A DNA stretch of 63,613 nt, counting the filler, from Octopus bimaculoides (Eukaryota): assembly GCF_001194135.2 (NCBI RefSeq). It is 5 parts of 5 records of this genome, joined end to end, with 100 filler letters (N's around TTAATTAATTAA, not from the genome) between each part and the next. Parts side by side here need not be neighbours in the genome. Positions count along the whole stretch, not along the records: positions 20,339 to 52,263 come from NC_069010.1; 4 more parts are not named here. One strand, 5' to 3'. Made by a program: the position numbers and the translations under genes. Of the stretch, positions 29,995 through 41,616 are shown piece by piece (the stretch's first letter is position 1; each line of letters starts with the position of its first letter). The notes below the pieces were generated by a model. The model worked only from the letters and a program-made list of their open reading frames with translations. It was not told the DNA's origin and searched no databases.

Positions 29995-30990
29995 ATCTCT
30001 TGTTAACCCATTGTGTCCCTTGTTNNNNNNNNNNTTGTTAACCCATTGTGTCCCTTGTTACTCCTATTACATCATTATTTCCATCCTATAGCTTGCCTTG
30101 TTAAAATAATATATCTCTTAAATCATATATCCCGTATAATTCCCAATATTCTTGTTAGCCCATTTTATTTGTTACTTCAATATATCTCTGATATTCTTCT
30201 GTTAACCCTCTGAGTCACCATGTTTAACCAATATATATCTTGTTAAATCATTTAGCCCTATATGCTTGTTAACCCATTATACTCGTTACCCACTATATTT
30301 TTGTCAACCCATATATTCTCTTATTAACCCACTGGGTCACCATGTTAAGTCAATCTGTCTCTTGTTAAATCATATAACCTTTATAACTTCCTATATTCTT
30401 GTTAACCATTCACTTACAATTCACTCTGTTCTTGTTAACCCATTTTCCTTCTTGAATATCTCATGTAGATTCACTATATTGTTGATAACCTACTCATACT
30501 CTTGTTAACCCATTATATTTGTTACTCCACTATATCTTTGTTAACCCATATACTCTCTTATTAACCCATTGAGTACCTTGTTAACCTGTTATAATTCACT
30601 CTATTCTTGTTAACCCATTTTCCTTAACTGAATTTATCTCATGTTATTTAACTAGATTTTTGATAACCTACAGACACTTATTCAATAAACACCCAGTTAA
30701 CCCATATTTCCTCTTGTTAACCCAATATGTCACCTTGTTAAAGTTAGCCCAGTATATTTCATGTTAATTCACTACATTTTAGATAACCTACTTATATTCT
30801 TGTTAACCCTCAGTCTCTTATTCATCCAATGAACACCCAGTTAGCCCATATTTCCTCTTGTTAACCCACTATGACAGCTTGTTAATGCTAGCCCAATATG
30901 TCTGATGTTCACTATATATTTTTGATAACTCATCTAACATCTTGTTATCCCATACTACTCTCTCATTAACCCATTTATAACCCCTATCCT
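29995..30990. repeat. Degenerate tandem repeat built on TTGTTAACCCA
   Basis: Motif recurs more than 20 times at 25-45 bp spacing in this PRPF8 intron. Confidence 0.75.
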
Positions 30991-31009
30991 CTTGTTATCC
31001 CAATGACAG

Positions 31010-31084
31010 GTCCATTTACTTGATTTCCCTAACATTGTCATCAAAGGAAGTGAGCTACAGTTACCATTCCAAGCTTGTCTAAAG
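31010..31084 (+). CDS. PRPF8: PRPF8 exon [25 protein letters not shown]
   Basis: Translation match; gacag acceptor, gtaagt donor; 75 nt. Confidence 0.97.
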
Positions 31085-31303
31085 GTAAGTCGGACTTCAT
31101 TCTTCTGCATCACACATGCATTCACTATTGGAGATGTACCCCTTTTTTTTATAACTACACACTGAGAGGCACATGCATACACAAATGTATGCACACAGAA
31201 TCACACACACTGCATGGCACCTTGGGCAAGTGTCTTCTACCATAGCCTCGGGCTGACCAAAACCTTGTGAGTGGATTTGGTAGACAGAAACTGAAAGAAG
31301 CCT

Positions 31304-31355
<52 letters not shown>

Positions 31356-31902
31356 CGTAGGAGTGGCTGTGTGGTAAGTAGCTTGCTTACCAACCACATG
31401 GTTCCGGGCTCAGTCCCACTGTGTGGCACCTTGGGAAAGTGTCTTCTACTATAGCCTCGGGCTGACCAAAGCCTTGTGAGTGGATTTGGTAGAGGGGAAA
31501 CTGAAAGAAGCCCATTGCACGTATATCTGCATGTGTTTGTTTTTGTGTGTCTTGTGTGCATGTGTAGGTGTATGTATACCTCTTATCTTGTTTCAGTCAT
31601 TAGACAGCGGCCATGCTGTAGCACTGCCATGAAAAATTTTAGCTGCTAAACAAAGTAACCCAAGTACTTGTTTTTGAAAGCCTGGGTTCTTATTCGATAG
31701 GCCTCATTTGTTGAACTGCTAGGTTACAAGGACATAAGCAAAACACTGACACGCACACAATCACACACATGTGCACATACACACGTATATACCACAGGCT
31801 TCTTTCAGTTTCCATCGACCAAATTCAAAATGGCTGACGACTAGCATCACACTTGAAACTCAAGAGTACCAACAGATTTGAATCAAACTGTTCTAATCCA
31901 TA

Positions 31903-31955
<53 letters not shown>

Positions 31956-32095
31956 GAGAGAGTTTTCAATTACTTGCAGATATCCATTTTTTAAAAATGT
32001 TTTTTTGTTACAGTGTTATATCTATACGTATTTGTATATAAATGATGTGAACATATATATTTCTGTATATCTCTCTATATTCATACATATTCCAG

Positions 32096-32194
32096 GTTGA
32101 GAAGTTTGGCGATCTGATCTTAAAGGCCACTGAACCTCAGATGGTGTTGTTTAACCTGTATGATGACTGGTTGAAGACTATTTCATCTTATACT
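32096..32194 (+). CDS. PRPF8: PRPF8 exon [33 protein letters not shown]
   Basis: Translation match; ttccag acceptor, gtaagt donor; 99 nt, phase 0/0. Confidence 0.97.
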
Positions 32195-32275
32195 GTAAGT
32201 AATACAATACATACTTATGTGTGTGTGTGTATATATGTATATATACATGTATACACACACATACACACGTATATA

Positions 32276-32532
32276 CAGGGTGTAAGATATTTGAGGACGG
32301 ATTTATGTTTGTAGAAAAAGATATATACTCTTTTACTCTCTTTTACTTGTTTCAGTCATTTGACTGCGGCCATGCTGGAGCACTGCTTTTAGTCGAGCTA
32401 ATCGATCCCAGGACTTATTCTTTGTAAGCCTAGTACTTATTCTATCGGTCTCTTTTTGCCGAACTGCTAAGTTACGGGGACGTAAACACACCAGCATCGG
32501 TTGTCAAGCGATGGTGGGAAGGACAAACACAG

Positions 32533-32597
<65 letters not shown>

Positions 32598-33670
32598 TAT
32601 ACGATGGGCTTCTTTCAGTTTCTGTCTACCAAATTCAATCACAAGGCTTTGGTCGGCCAGAGGCTATAGTAGAAGACACTTGCCCAAGGTGCCACGCAGT
32701 GGGACTGAACCCGGAACCGTGTGGTTGGTAAGCAAGCTACTTACCACACAGCCAAAAAAATGCTATGAGGATAAAAATAAACCTTCATTTCTCTAATGTT
32801 ATTCAATAAGACCACCTTCAGCTTTAGTAACTGCTTCTACGTGAGATCTAAATCATCTACATGCGCTTGAACCAAGTTGTCCTGGTTCATTTTGGACATT
32901 ACTCTGACTAAGGCAGCTAACAAAGAACCTTTGGTGTTATGGGCATGTTCATTGACCTACTTCTTAACAACGCTCCTCATGTAAAATCCAATGGATTGAG
33001 ATTTGGGGAATTAGGAGGCCAAATGTTAGGGGTTATTTTCAGCCATCCATTCCTTCTGTGTAACTTGAGCCTTGTGTGATGGCACAGAGTCTTGCTGAAA
33101 CACATGGCCTTTCATTGTGTACACTGTCTATCCAGGACTCAACAACTGATTCCTGGACCTCAATATAGGTGGCTGAGTTAACTCTAAGGCCTTGTGGAAA
33201 GAAGTAAGGAGGCATCACATGTTCTTCATTGCTGACAACCCCTAAAACCATGACAGTTGCAGAAAATTTTGTATGCATAACACTTGGAACTTCAGAAGGG
33301 TCTGCACATAACCATCTGTCATTTCTTCTGTTAACTTTTTGATCTTGGTTGAAGTTTTTCTCGTCTGAGAAAAGCCAAATCAAATCTTCTTCTGCTGGAG
33401 TTCTCAGTTTGTTGAAGAACTTTTTAGATCTGATGTAGTGATTTTCTTATGCTTTTTTGGACAAATTGACTTTTCTTCATCATGTAAGACTTATATCTGA
33501 TGTCTTTGTGGACATTTCTGATTGTTCCTTCTGACACATGGAGATCTTTTGCAGTTGACCTCATTGACTTTCTGGGATTGTAATCAATGGTCTGTTGAAC
33601 TTGCTGGATGTTCTGATGATTTCAGAGCATTTAGAATGCTTTCTATGGTAGAAATTCCAGGGTTTAGTGA
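32276..33670 (-). mobile_element. Second maT-like transposon copy, interrupted by a SINE at about 32328-32753, 5' end lost
   Basis: 3' TIR at 32276 matches copy 1; ORF 33039..33383 WLFSDEKNFNQDQKVNRRNDRWLCADP; WPPNSPNLNPLD near 33000. Confidence 0.85.
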
Positions 33671-33689
33671 AATGTTTTTGTATAACAGA

Positions 33690-34306
33690 TAAATAATGAA
33701 ATGGAGTTAAATGCAGGTGTTATTCAAATCTTTATACTTCCGACATATGTTTCGAAGAAAACATTGGTATTATTCCCTCTGGAATAAAATGATGTAAAGC
33801 AATGCGATCTTCTCATCAGGGAAAAAAAAGAAGAAGCAAAACACATCAATAAGCCATTTTAACCGAATGTGATGATTGTGTATATGATGAAGAGAATGCT
33901 GGCAAGCTATTTTTAAAAAAAACGTTAATAGATTTAATGTCAAATGCAATTTAGAGAAAGAGGAGGAGAAAGAAAGAAATTAGCAGAGAACCAAGAGTGA
34001 AGAAAATAGTGCGATAGATGAATGGGAATAAAGCTTAAAGGCATGGAAATGAGATGTAAGAAGACAGTTAAGGGTCAAATTTTATAGATTGATAGAAATT
34101 ACTAATAGGAACTAAAGGTATGTTTTTGCCAATGTTTGCAATGGTAAACATGTTTGCAAGAGAATTCTCTGAGAACAGGATGAGAATATATTTGGAATGG
34201 AATAGTCTATCTAGATCCTTTCCATATGAGAAAGGTAAATCTTCTTGTCTGTTCTGTAACAAAGAACTCTATCTCATCCTGTTCTCAGAGAATTCTCTTG
34301 TAAACA
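33690..34306 (-). mobile_element. 5'-truncated, 5'-inverted Penelope-like fragment (end of GIY-YIG region, 3' UTR, hammerhead)
   Basis: LEWNSLSRSFPYEKGKSSCLFCNKELYLILFSENSL on + (about 34190-34306) resembles the PLE C-terminal PY..G...C.LC..E motif; 35-bp inverted overlap 34151-34185 / 34272-34306; hammerhead downstream on -. Confidence 0.55.
33738..33823 (-). ncRNA. Minimal type I hammerhead ribozyme (Penelope-type, palindromic helix III)
   Basis: Minus strand reads TTCC-CTGATGA-GAAGA...TCTTC-GAA-AC ATAT GT-C-GGAA: full core, helix I TTCC/GGAA, helix II GAAGA/TCTTC extended by CATTG/CAATG and TTATTCC/GGAATAA, GUC cleavage triplet. Confidence 0.8.
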
Positions 34307-35577
34307 ATTTCTTGTGGGCAATGTAAAATAATGTTTATTATAAGCAACGCAAACACTTTGTAATTTAATAGCTTTCAATGTAACACCTCTTAAACAAATT
34401 ATTTCTATTTAATGAAAATTTGATAAAATCTATTCATAAGTAAGTGAAATTATGCGAAATCCAGCTAAATTGAAAACCTTTTTCCCTCTGAAAACTTTTG
34501 GGTGCGAATTTTATACAAGTAGAAGCTTTTTTTAACAATTTTTATCCTGAAAATCACCTGCATAAATTACACAGGTGCGCAAATTGCACATCCTGAAATA
34601 CATCATCATCATCGTTTAACGTCCGCTTTCCATGCTAGCATGGGTTGAACGATTTGACTGAGGACTGGTGAAACCGGATGGCAACACCAGGCTCCAATCT
34701 GATTTGGCAGAGTTTCTACAGCTGGATGCCCTTCCTAACGCCAACCACTCTGAGAGTGTAGTGGGTGCTTTTACATGCCACCAGCACGAAGGCCAGTCAG
34801 GCGGTACTGGCAACAGCCACTTTCNNNNNNNNNNNNNNNNNNNNNNNNNNNNNNNNNNNNNNNNNNNNNNNNNNNNNNNNNNNNNNNNNNNNNNNNNNNN
34901 NNNNNNNNNNNNNNNNNNNNNNNNNNNNNNNNNNNNNNNNNNNNNNNNNNNNNNNNNNNNNNNNNNNNNNNNNNNNNNNNNNNNNNNNNNNNNNNNNNNN
35001 NNNNNNNNNNNNNNNNNNNNNNNNNNNNNNNNNNNNNNNNNNNNNNNNNNNNNNNNNNNNNNNNNNNNNNNNNNNNNNNNNNNNNNNNNNNNNNNNNNNN
35101 NNNNNNNNNNNNNNNNNNNNNNNNNNNNNNNNNNNNNNNNNNNNNNNNNNNNNNNNNNNNNNNNNNNNNNNNNNNNNNNNNNNNNNNNNNNNNNNNNNNN
35201 NNNNNNNNATACGATGGTGATAATATATATATATATATATATATATGCGTGTGTTTGTCTCCCCAACATCGCTTGACAACTGATGCTGGTGTGTTTACGT
35301 CCCTGTAGCTTAGCGGTTCGGCAAAAAGAGACTGATACAATAAGTACTAGGCTTCCAAAGAATAAGTCCTGGGGTCGATTAGCTCGACTAAAAGGCGGTG
35401 CTCCAGCATGGCCGCAGTCAAATGACTGAAAACAAGTAAAAGAGTAAAAGAATACTTTGCACCTAAACACTTACATAGTCTTTCATGATTATGATGACGA
35501 TGATGATGATTAGGAGCAACCTTCACATTAACGATCGCTTCACTTCACTCAACCTTCCTCTCTATTTCCCTTTGCAG

Positions 35578-35771
35578 GCATTCTCTCGACTCATCCTGAT
35601 ATTGCGTGCCCTCCATGTGAACAATGACCGCACGAAAATCATCTTGAAACCCGACAAGACCACCATTACAGAACCCCATCACATCTGGCCGGCCCTCGGT
35701 GATGAAGAGTGGATCAAGATTGAAGTCCAGCTCAAAGACCTCATCCTAGCTGATTACGGCAAAAAGAACAA
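35578..35771 (+). CDS. PRPF8: PRPF8 exon [27 protein letters not shown]...[10 protein letters not shown](N)
   Basis: Translation match; tttgcag acceptor, gtaata donor at 35772; 194 nt, ends phase 2 (AA|T). Confidence 0.97.
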
Positions 35772-37421
35772 GTAATATTTATGTTTCTTGTTGTTGTTGT
35801 GCTTTTGTTGTTTAGCCCCAGGTCAATCTTGATCCAACAGAGCTATGATCAGAGTTGTTCCAGCTGTGACCATCCTGTCTTTTATTCAGACATAGTGTAT
35901 CTAGGACTACATTATCTAATGTGTCCTCAATAGCACTTTTTGTTTAGCCCAAGGTCAGCCCTGTTGGGGCTGGTCCAGTAGATCTATGTCCAAAGGTGCT
36001 CCGACTGTGACCACCCTGTCTTTTATTCAGACATAGTGTATCTTGGACTACATTATTTAATGTTTACTTCCTTATTGGTGGTGGTATTGTTTAGCCCTAG
36101 GTCATTCTGTGATGAAAGATATTCCAGCTCTAAGAAATTTGTATCAACCTGTCTTATTTAGACATCATAATGCATCCTTCCTCGTTGTTGTTTAGCCCCA
36201 TGTTTGTCCTGATTGAGCAGGGTTGTGTTCAAAGGTATTCCAGCTGTGACCATCCTGTCTTTTATTCAGTCAATGTGTACCTAGGACAACATTGACTAAC
36301 AAGTCTTGTCCAGTTGTTGGCACTCCGTCACTTATGACGACGAGGGTTCCAGTTGATTCCGATCAACGGAACAGCCTGCTCGTGAAATTAACATGCAAGT
36401 GGCTGAGTACTCCACAGACACGTGTACCCTTAACGTAGTTCTCGGGGATATTCAGCTTGACACACAGAATGTGACAAGGCTGACCCTTTGAATTACAAGC
36501 ACAACAGAAACAGGAAGTAAGAGTGAGAGAAAGTTGTGGTGAAAGAGTACAGCAGGGTTCGCCACCATCCCCTGCCGGAGCCTCGTGGAGCTTTTAGGTG
36601 TTTTCGCTCAATAAACACTCACAACGCCCAGTCTGNNNNNNNNNNNNNNNNNNNNNNNNNNNNNNNNNNNNNNNNNNNNNNNNNNNNNNNNNNNNNNNNN
36701 NNNNNNNNNNNNNNNNNNNNNNNNNNNNNNNNNNNNNNNNNNNNNNNNNNNNNNNNNNNNNNNNNNNNNNNNNNNNNNNNNNNNNNNNNNNNNNNNNNNN
36801 NNNNNNNNNNNNNNNNNNNNNNNNNNNNNNNNNNNNNNNNNNNNNNNNNNNNNNNNNNNNNNNNNNNNNNNNNNNNNNNNNNNNNNNNNNNNNNNNNNNN
36901 NNNNNNNNNNNNNNNNNNNNNNNNNNNNNNNNNNNNNNNNNNNNNNNNNNNNNNNNNNNNNNNNNNNNNNNNNNNNNNNNNNNNNNNNNNNNNNNNNNNN
37001 NNNNNNNNNNNNNNNNNNNNNNNNNNNNNNNNNNNNNNNNNNNNNNNNNNNNNNNNNNNNNNNNNNNNNNNNNNNNNNATATATATATGTATGTTTGTGT
37101 GGCTGTGTTTGTCACCCCAACATCGTCTGACAACCGATGCTGGCGTGTTTATGTCCCCCGAAACTTAGTGGTTCGGCAAAAGAGACCGATAGAATAAGTA
37201 CTAGGCTTCCAAAGAATAAGTCCTGGGGGCAATTTGCTCGACTAAAAGCGGTGCTCCAGCATGGCCGCAGTCAGATAACTGAAACAAGTAAAAGAGTATG
37301 AGTTAATGATCTTAGTTAACAGTAATAATTAGTTATAATTGTTATAATAATGTGATTCATTCCTGAAATGTTTTTGTTTTTTTTTCTTATTCTTGTCCTC
37401 CTTTTCTGCATTGTTTTCCAG

Positions 37422-37803
37422 TGTCAATGTAGCATCGCTGACCCAGTCTGAAATCCGAGACATCATTCTCGGTATGGAGATCTCGGCGCCATCGGCCCAG
37501 CGCCAACAGATTGCCGAGATTGAAAAACAGACAAAGGAGCAAACTCAGCTGACTGCGACCACAACCCGCACTGTGAACAAACATGGTGACGAGATCATCA
37601 CCTCGACGACGAGCAACTATGAAACGGCGACCTTTGCTTCGAAGACAGAGTGGCGCGTCCGAGCGATCTCCGCGACCAACCTGCACCTGCGAACCAACCA
37701 CATTTATGTGTCATCTGATGACATCAAAGAGACAGGGTATACATATATTCTGCCCAAGAACATCCTGAAAAAGTTCATCATCATCTCTGATTTGAGGGCC
37801 CAG
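37422..37803 (+). CDS. PRPF8: PRPF8 exon [24 protein letters not shown]...[10 protein letters not shown] (end of RNase H-like domain, start of Jab1/MPN)
   Basis: Translation match (ORF track 37393..37857); ttttccag acceptor, gtaata donor at 37804; 382 nt. Confidence 0.97.
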
Positions 37804-39100
37804 GTAATATCAGCGAGGGTTTTCTGTTATGCTCTAGTGCATTCTAGTGGGGTTTAAGGCAATATAACTTTTAAGGGGCCAGGTAATATCAGTAGTTGTT
37901 GCTGCTGCACTGTGGTTGATGGTAGTGGGGTCGTGGAGCTTACAGCTTTTAAAGGATCAAGTAACATCAGCAAGGGTGACTGCTGTACTGTCTTGGGGTT
38001 TTGGAGCCTTATAGCTTTTAACCCTTTAGATACCAACCTGTCTGAAACTGTCCTTGGGTCCTATGATCTAAACTAACCATTTTAAAGTTATCTCAATTAA
38101 AATTTCATATTAATTTAAGGTCCAAACCCCTGCTGAATAATGTCAGTTATCTTAATAATTTTCTGATTATTTTCAAAATTAATTGAAAAGAGGGCAGTGT
38201 ATTTCAACAGAGATATGATACTGAAAGGGTTAAGGGGCCATGGAACATCAGCAAGGGTTGCTGCTGTACTGTGGTGCATGTTAGTGGGGCTTTAGAGCTT
38301 AATAGCTTTTAAGGGACCTGGTAACATCAGCAAAGGTAACTGCTGTACTGTGGTGGATGTTAGTGGGGCTTTGGAGTTCATAATTTTTAAGGGACCAGGT
38401 AACGTCAGTAGTAGTTGCTGCTGCACTGTGGTTTTAGTGGGGTTTAAGGCATAGAACTTTTAAGGGGCCCGGTAATATCAGCAAGGGTGACTGCTGTACT
38501 GTGGTGGATGTTAGTNNNNNNNNNNNNNNNNNNNNNNNNNNNNNNNNNNNNNNNNNNNNNNNNNNNNNNNNNNNNNNNNNNNNNNNNNNNNNNNNNNNNN
38601 NNNNNNNNNNNNNNNNNNNNNNNNNNNNNNNNNNNNNNNNNNNNNNNNNNNNNNNNNNNNNNNNNNNNNNNNNNNNNNNNNNNNNNNNNNNNNNNNNNNN
38701 NNNNNNNNNNNNNNNNNNNNNNNNNNNNNNNNNNNNNNNNNNNNNNNNNNNNNNNNNNNNNNNNNNNNNNNNNNNNNNNNNNNNNNNNNNNNNNNNNNNN
38801 NNNNNNNNNNNNNNNNNNNNNNNNNNNNNNNNNNNNNNNNNNNNNNNNNNNNNNNNNNNNNNNNNNNNNNNNNNNNNNNNNNNNNNNNNNNNNNNNNNNN
38901 NNNNNNNNNNNNNNNNNNNNNNNNNNNNNNNNNNNNNNNNNNNNNNNNNNNNNNNNNNNNNNNNNNNNNNNNNNNNNNNNNNNNNNNNNNNNNNNNNNNN
39001 NNNNNNNNNNNNNNNNNNNNNNNNNNNNNNNNNNNNNNNNNNNNNNNNNNNNNNNNNNNNNNNNNNNNNNNNNNNNNNNNNNNNNNNGTAACATCAGTCA
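37791..39100 (+). repeat. About 78-bp minisatellite starting at the PRPF8 exon/intron boundary
   Basis: Unit ...tttaagggg(a/c)ccag gtaa(t/c)atcagcaagggt.actgctgtactgtggt..; visible 37791-38515 and again at 39088 after the gap. Confidence 0.85.
38022..38229. mobile_element. piggyBac-type MITE inserted in a minisatellite unit
   Basis: CCCTTT..AAAGGG ends with TTAA duplicated at 38018-38021 and 38230-38233; removal restores the unit agcttttaaggggcca. Confidence 0.88.
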
Positions 39101-39354
39101 TGGTTGTTACTATGCTGTGGTGTAAACCCGGGGTCTCATAAAGTGAGGTATTACTGTAGATGTGTATGTATTCACCTTGTGTGTGTGTGTATATATACAC
39201 ATTTATATGAATATGTATGTATTCACCTTGTGTGTGTGTGTGTGTATATACATGTATAGACTGTGTATGTGTATGTTTGCCCATGTATCACCATTCCATC
39301 CACTTACCAATATTGATTCTAACCATTTCTCTCTCTCTCTCTTTTGATGTCTAG

Positions 39355-39495
39355 ATTGCTGGCTACCTGTACGGAGTCAGTCCTCCAGATAACCCCCAGG
39401 TGAAGGAGATTCGCTGTATAGTAATGCCACCCCAGTGGGGCACTCACCAAAGAGTCCATCTACCCAACATGTTACCAGAGCACGAGTATTTACAG
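39355..39495 (+). CDS. PRPF8: PRPF8 exon [47 protein letters not shown] (Jab1/MPN)
   Basis: Translation match; tctag acceptor, gtaagg donor; 141 nt. Confidence 0.97.
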
Positions 39496-39519
39496 GTAAG
39501 GACACTTGCTGTTGTTGAT

Positions 39520-40290
39520 GTTACATGTGCAGGGATTTGGCCCCTTATCAGACATAGTGTATCTAGGACTACATTATCTGATGTCCTTTCTTGTTGATTA
39601 GTTCCAGGTCAGTCCTGATTATGCAGCAGACCTGTGATCAAAAGTGTTACATCTGTGACCATCCCATCTTATATTCAGGCATAGTGTATCTAGGACTACA
39701 TTATCTAATGTGTCCTTCCTTGTTGGTGTTATTTAACCCTGAGTCATTCCTGACCCAACAGGTCTATGGTCAATAGTGTTCTAGTCAGGACCATCCTGTC
39801 TTAGACGTAGTGTATCTAGGACTACATTATCCGATGTGGCTTTCCATGTTTAGCCCCAGGTCAGCCATAATCCTGTAAATCCATGATCAAAGGTGTTTCA
39901 ACAATGTCCATTGTCTTTTATTCAGGCATAGTGTATCTAGGACTACATTATCTAATGTGTGTCACCATATTGTTGTTTAGCCCCAGGTCAGTCTTGATCC
40001 AGCAGACCTATGATCAAAGATGTTCCAGGAGTGACCACCCTGTCTTTTATTCAGACATAGTGTATCTAAGACTACATTATCTAATAATGTGTTTCACCAT
40101 ATTGTTGTTTAGCCCTAGGTCATCCTGGTCCAGCAGACTTATGATCAAAGATATTCCAGAAGTGACCACCCTGTCTTTTATTCAGGCATAGTGTATCTAG
40201 GACTACATTATCTAATGTGTCCTTCCTTGTTGTCTAGCTCCTATGATCTTAGATCAAAGATGATCCAGCTGTGACCATCCTTTCTTGTTT
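39520..40290 (+). repeat. Tandem array of a roughly 125-bp dispersed repeat (family E)
   Basis: gtgtatctaggactacattatc recurs at 39557, 39684, 39810, 39931, 40060, 40191; second array about 35790-36300; single copies about 9800-9880 (+) and 11035-11110 (-). Confidence 0.85.
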
Positions 40291-40445
40291 TTGGAAGACA
40301 GCAGGATATGATTTGAGAGCAGCCCGGTTGTTATTTCTATCAGGTTCAAGCAACCACATATATATATGTGTGTATAGAGAGAGGGAGAGAGAGTTCTTTA
40401 TTGGTTCAGTGATGATGTTACATGATGTTGTTTTGTCCTTGCCAG

Positions 40446-40585
40446 GAAATGGAAGCCCTAGGCTGGGTCCACACTCAACCCAATGAACTGCCACAGCTTT
40501 CACCTCAAGACATCACCACCCATGCAAAGGTTATGGCAGACAACCCCACCTGGGATGGTGAGAAGACTGTCATCATCACCTGCAG
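40446..40585 (+). CDS. PRPF8: PRPF8 exon [46 protein letters not shown](S)
   Basis: Translation match; gccag acceptor, gtaggt donor; 140 nt, ends phase 2. Confidence 0.97.
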
Positions 40586-41207
40586 GTAGGTTAAATAATG
40601 ATGATTTTCCTTTCTACTGTCGTCAGCTCAAGGCCTAAAATTTTGGGGGAGGGGGGGAGCAGTCGATTATATCTACTCCAGTACACAGCTGGTATTTATT
40701 TTGTTGACTCCAGCAGAATGTGAACTCAGAACGCAATGATGGACTAAATACTGCTAAGCATTTTTGCCTGGCATGCTAACAATTCTGCCAATTTGCCACC
40801 TTAAATAATAATAATAATACAACACCTGAAATTTGGGAGAGGGGTCTAGTCAATTACATCAACCCCAGTATATCATTGATACTTAATTTATTGACCCTGA
40901 AAGGATGAAAGGCAAAGTCAACCTCGGCATAATTTAATAATAATAATAATAGTAATAATAATAATGATTCTTTCTACTGTTGGCACAAGGCCTGAAATTT
41001 TGGGAGAGGGGACCAGTTGACTACATTGATCCCAGTGCGTAACTGGTACTTAATTTATCGACCCCGAAAGGATGAAAGGCAAAGTCAACCCAGACAGCAT
41101 TTGAACTCAGAACATGAAGACAGATGAAATACCACTAAGCATTTTGACCGGCATGCTAATGAGTCTGCCATTTCGCTGCTGCCGTGATGATAATAATAAT
41201 AATAATA

Positions 41208-41600
41208 AGCGCTCAGGAACAAGACCTTAGAACAAATTTGATATAGGCAAAGATCGACAAAACTCAGTCAGGTAGCAAATGTAGAATTTGCGGGAAAAGG
41301 AGACAAAAGTATCACACCTTTTGAGTGAGTGCAGTACACTAGCCTAAAAGGAGTATAAATGCAGACAAGACTGTGTAGGCAAAAAGAAAGAGTGCATTTG
41401 TGTGTTAGCTGAGTGTATGGCTTCAAAACAATAGAAAAGTAGTGTGAACACAAACCAGAAGCTGTGATAGAGAAGGAGAATTACAAGAGCTTGTGGGACT
41501 TCCCCATAAAAACTGACAATACTATTTAAGTAAAAAGATAGATATGATTATAGAGGACAAAATAAACAGTGTAAGATCACAGATTTTGGTATTCCCTATT
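41208..41600 (+). mobile_element. Restriction-like-endonuclease LINE (R4/Dong/NeSL-like) C-terminal remnant following a (TAA)n tract
   Basis: AQEQDLRTNLI*AKIDKTQSGSKCRICG (zinc knuckle) and LWDFPIKTDNTI..DMIIEDK (PD..D region), with stops and frameshifts. Confidence 0.65.
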
Positions 41601-41616
41601 ATAGCAGAGTCGTTAC

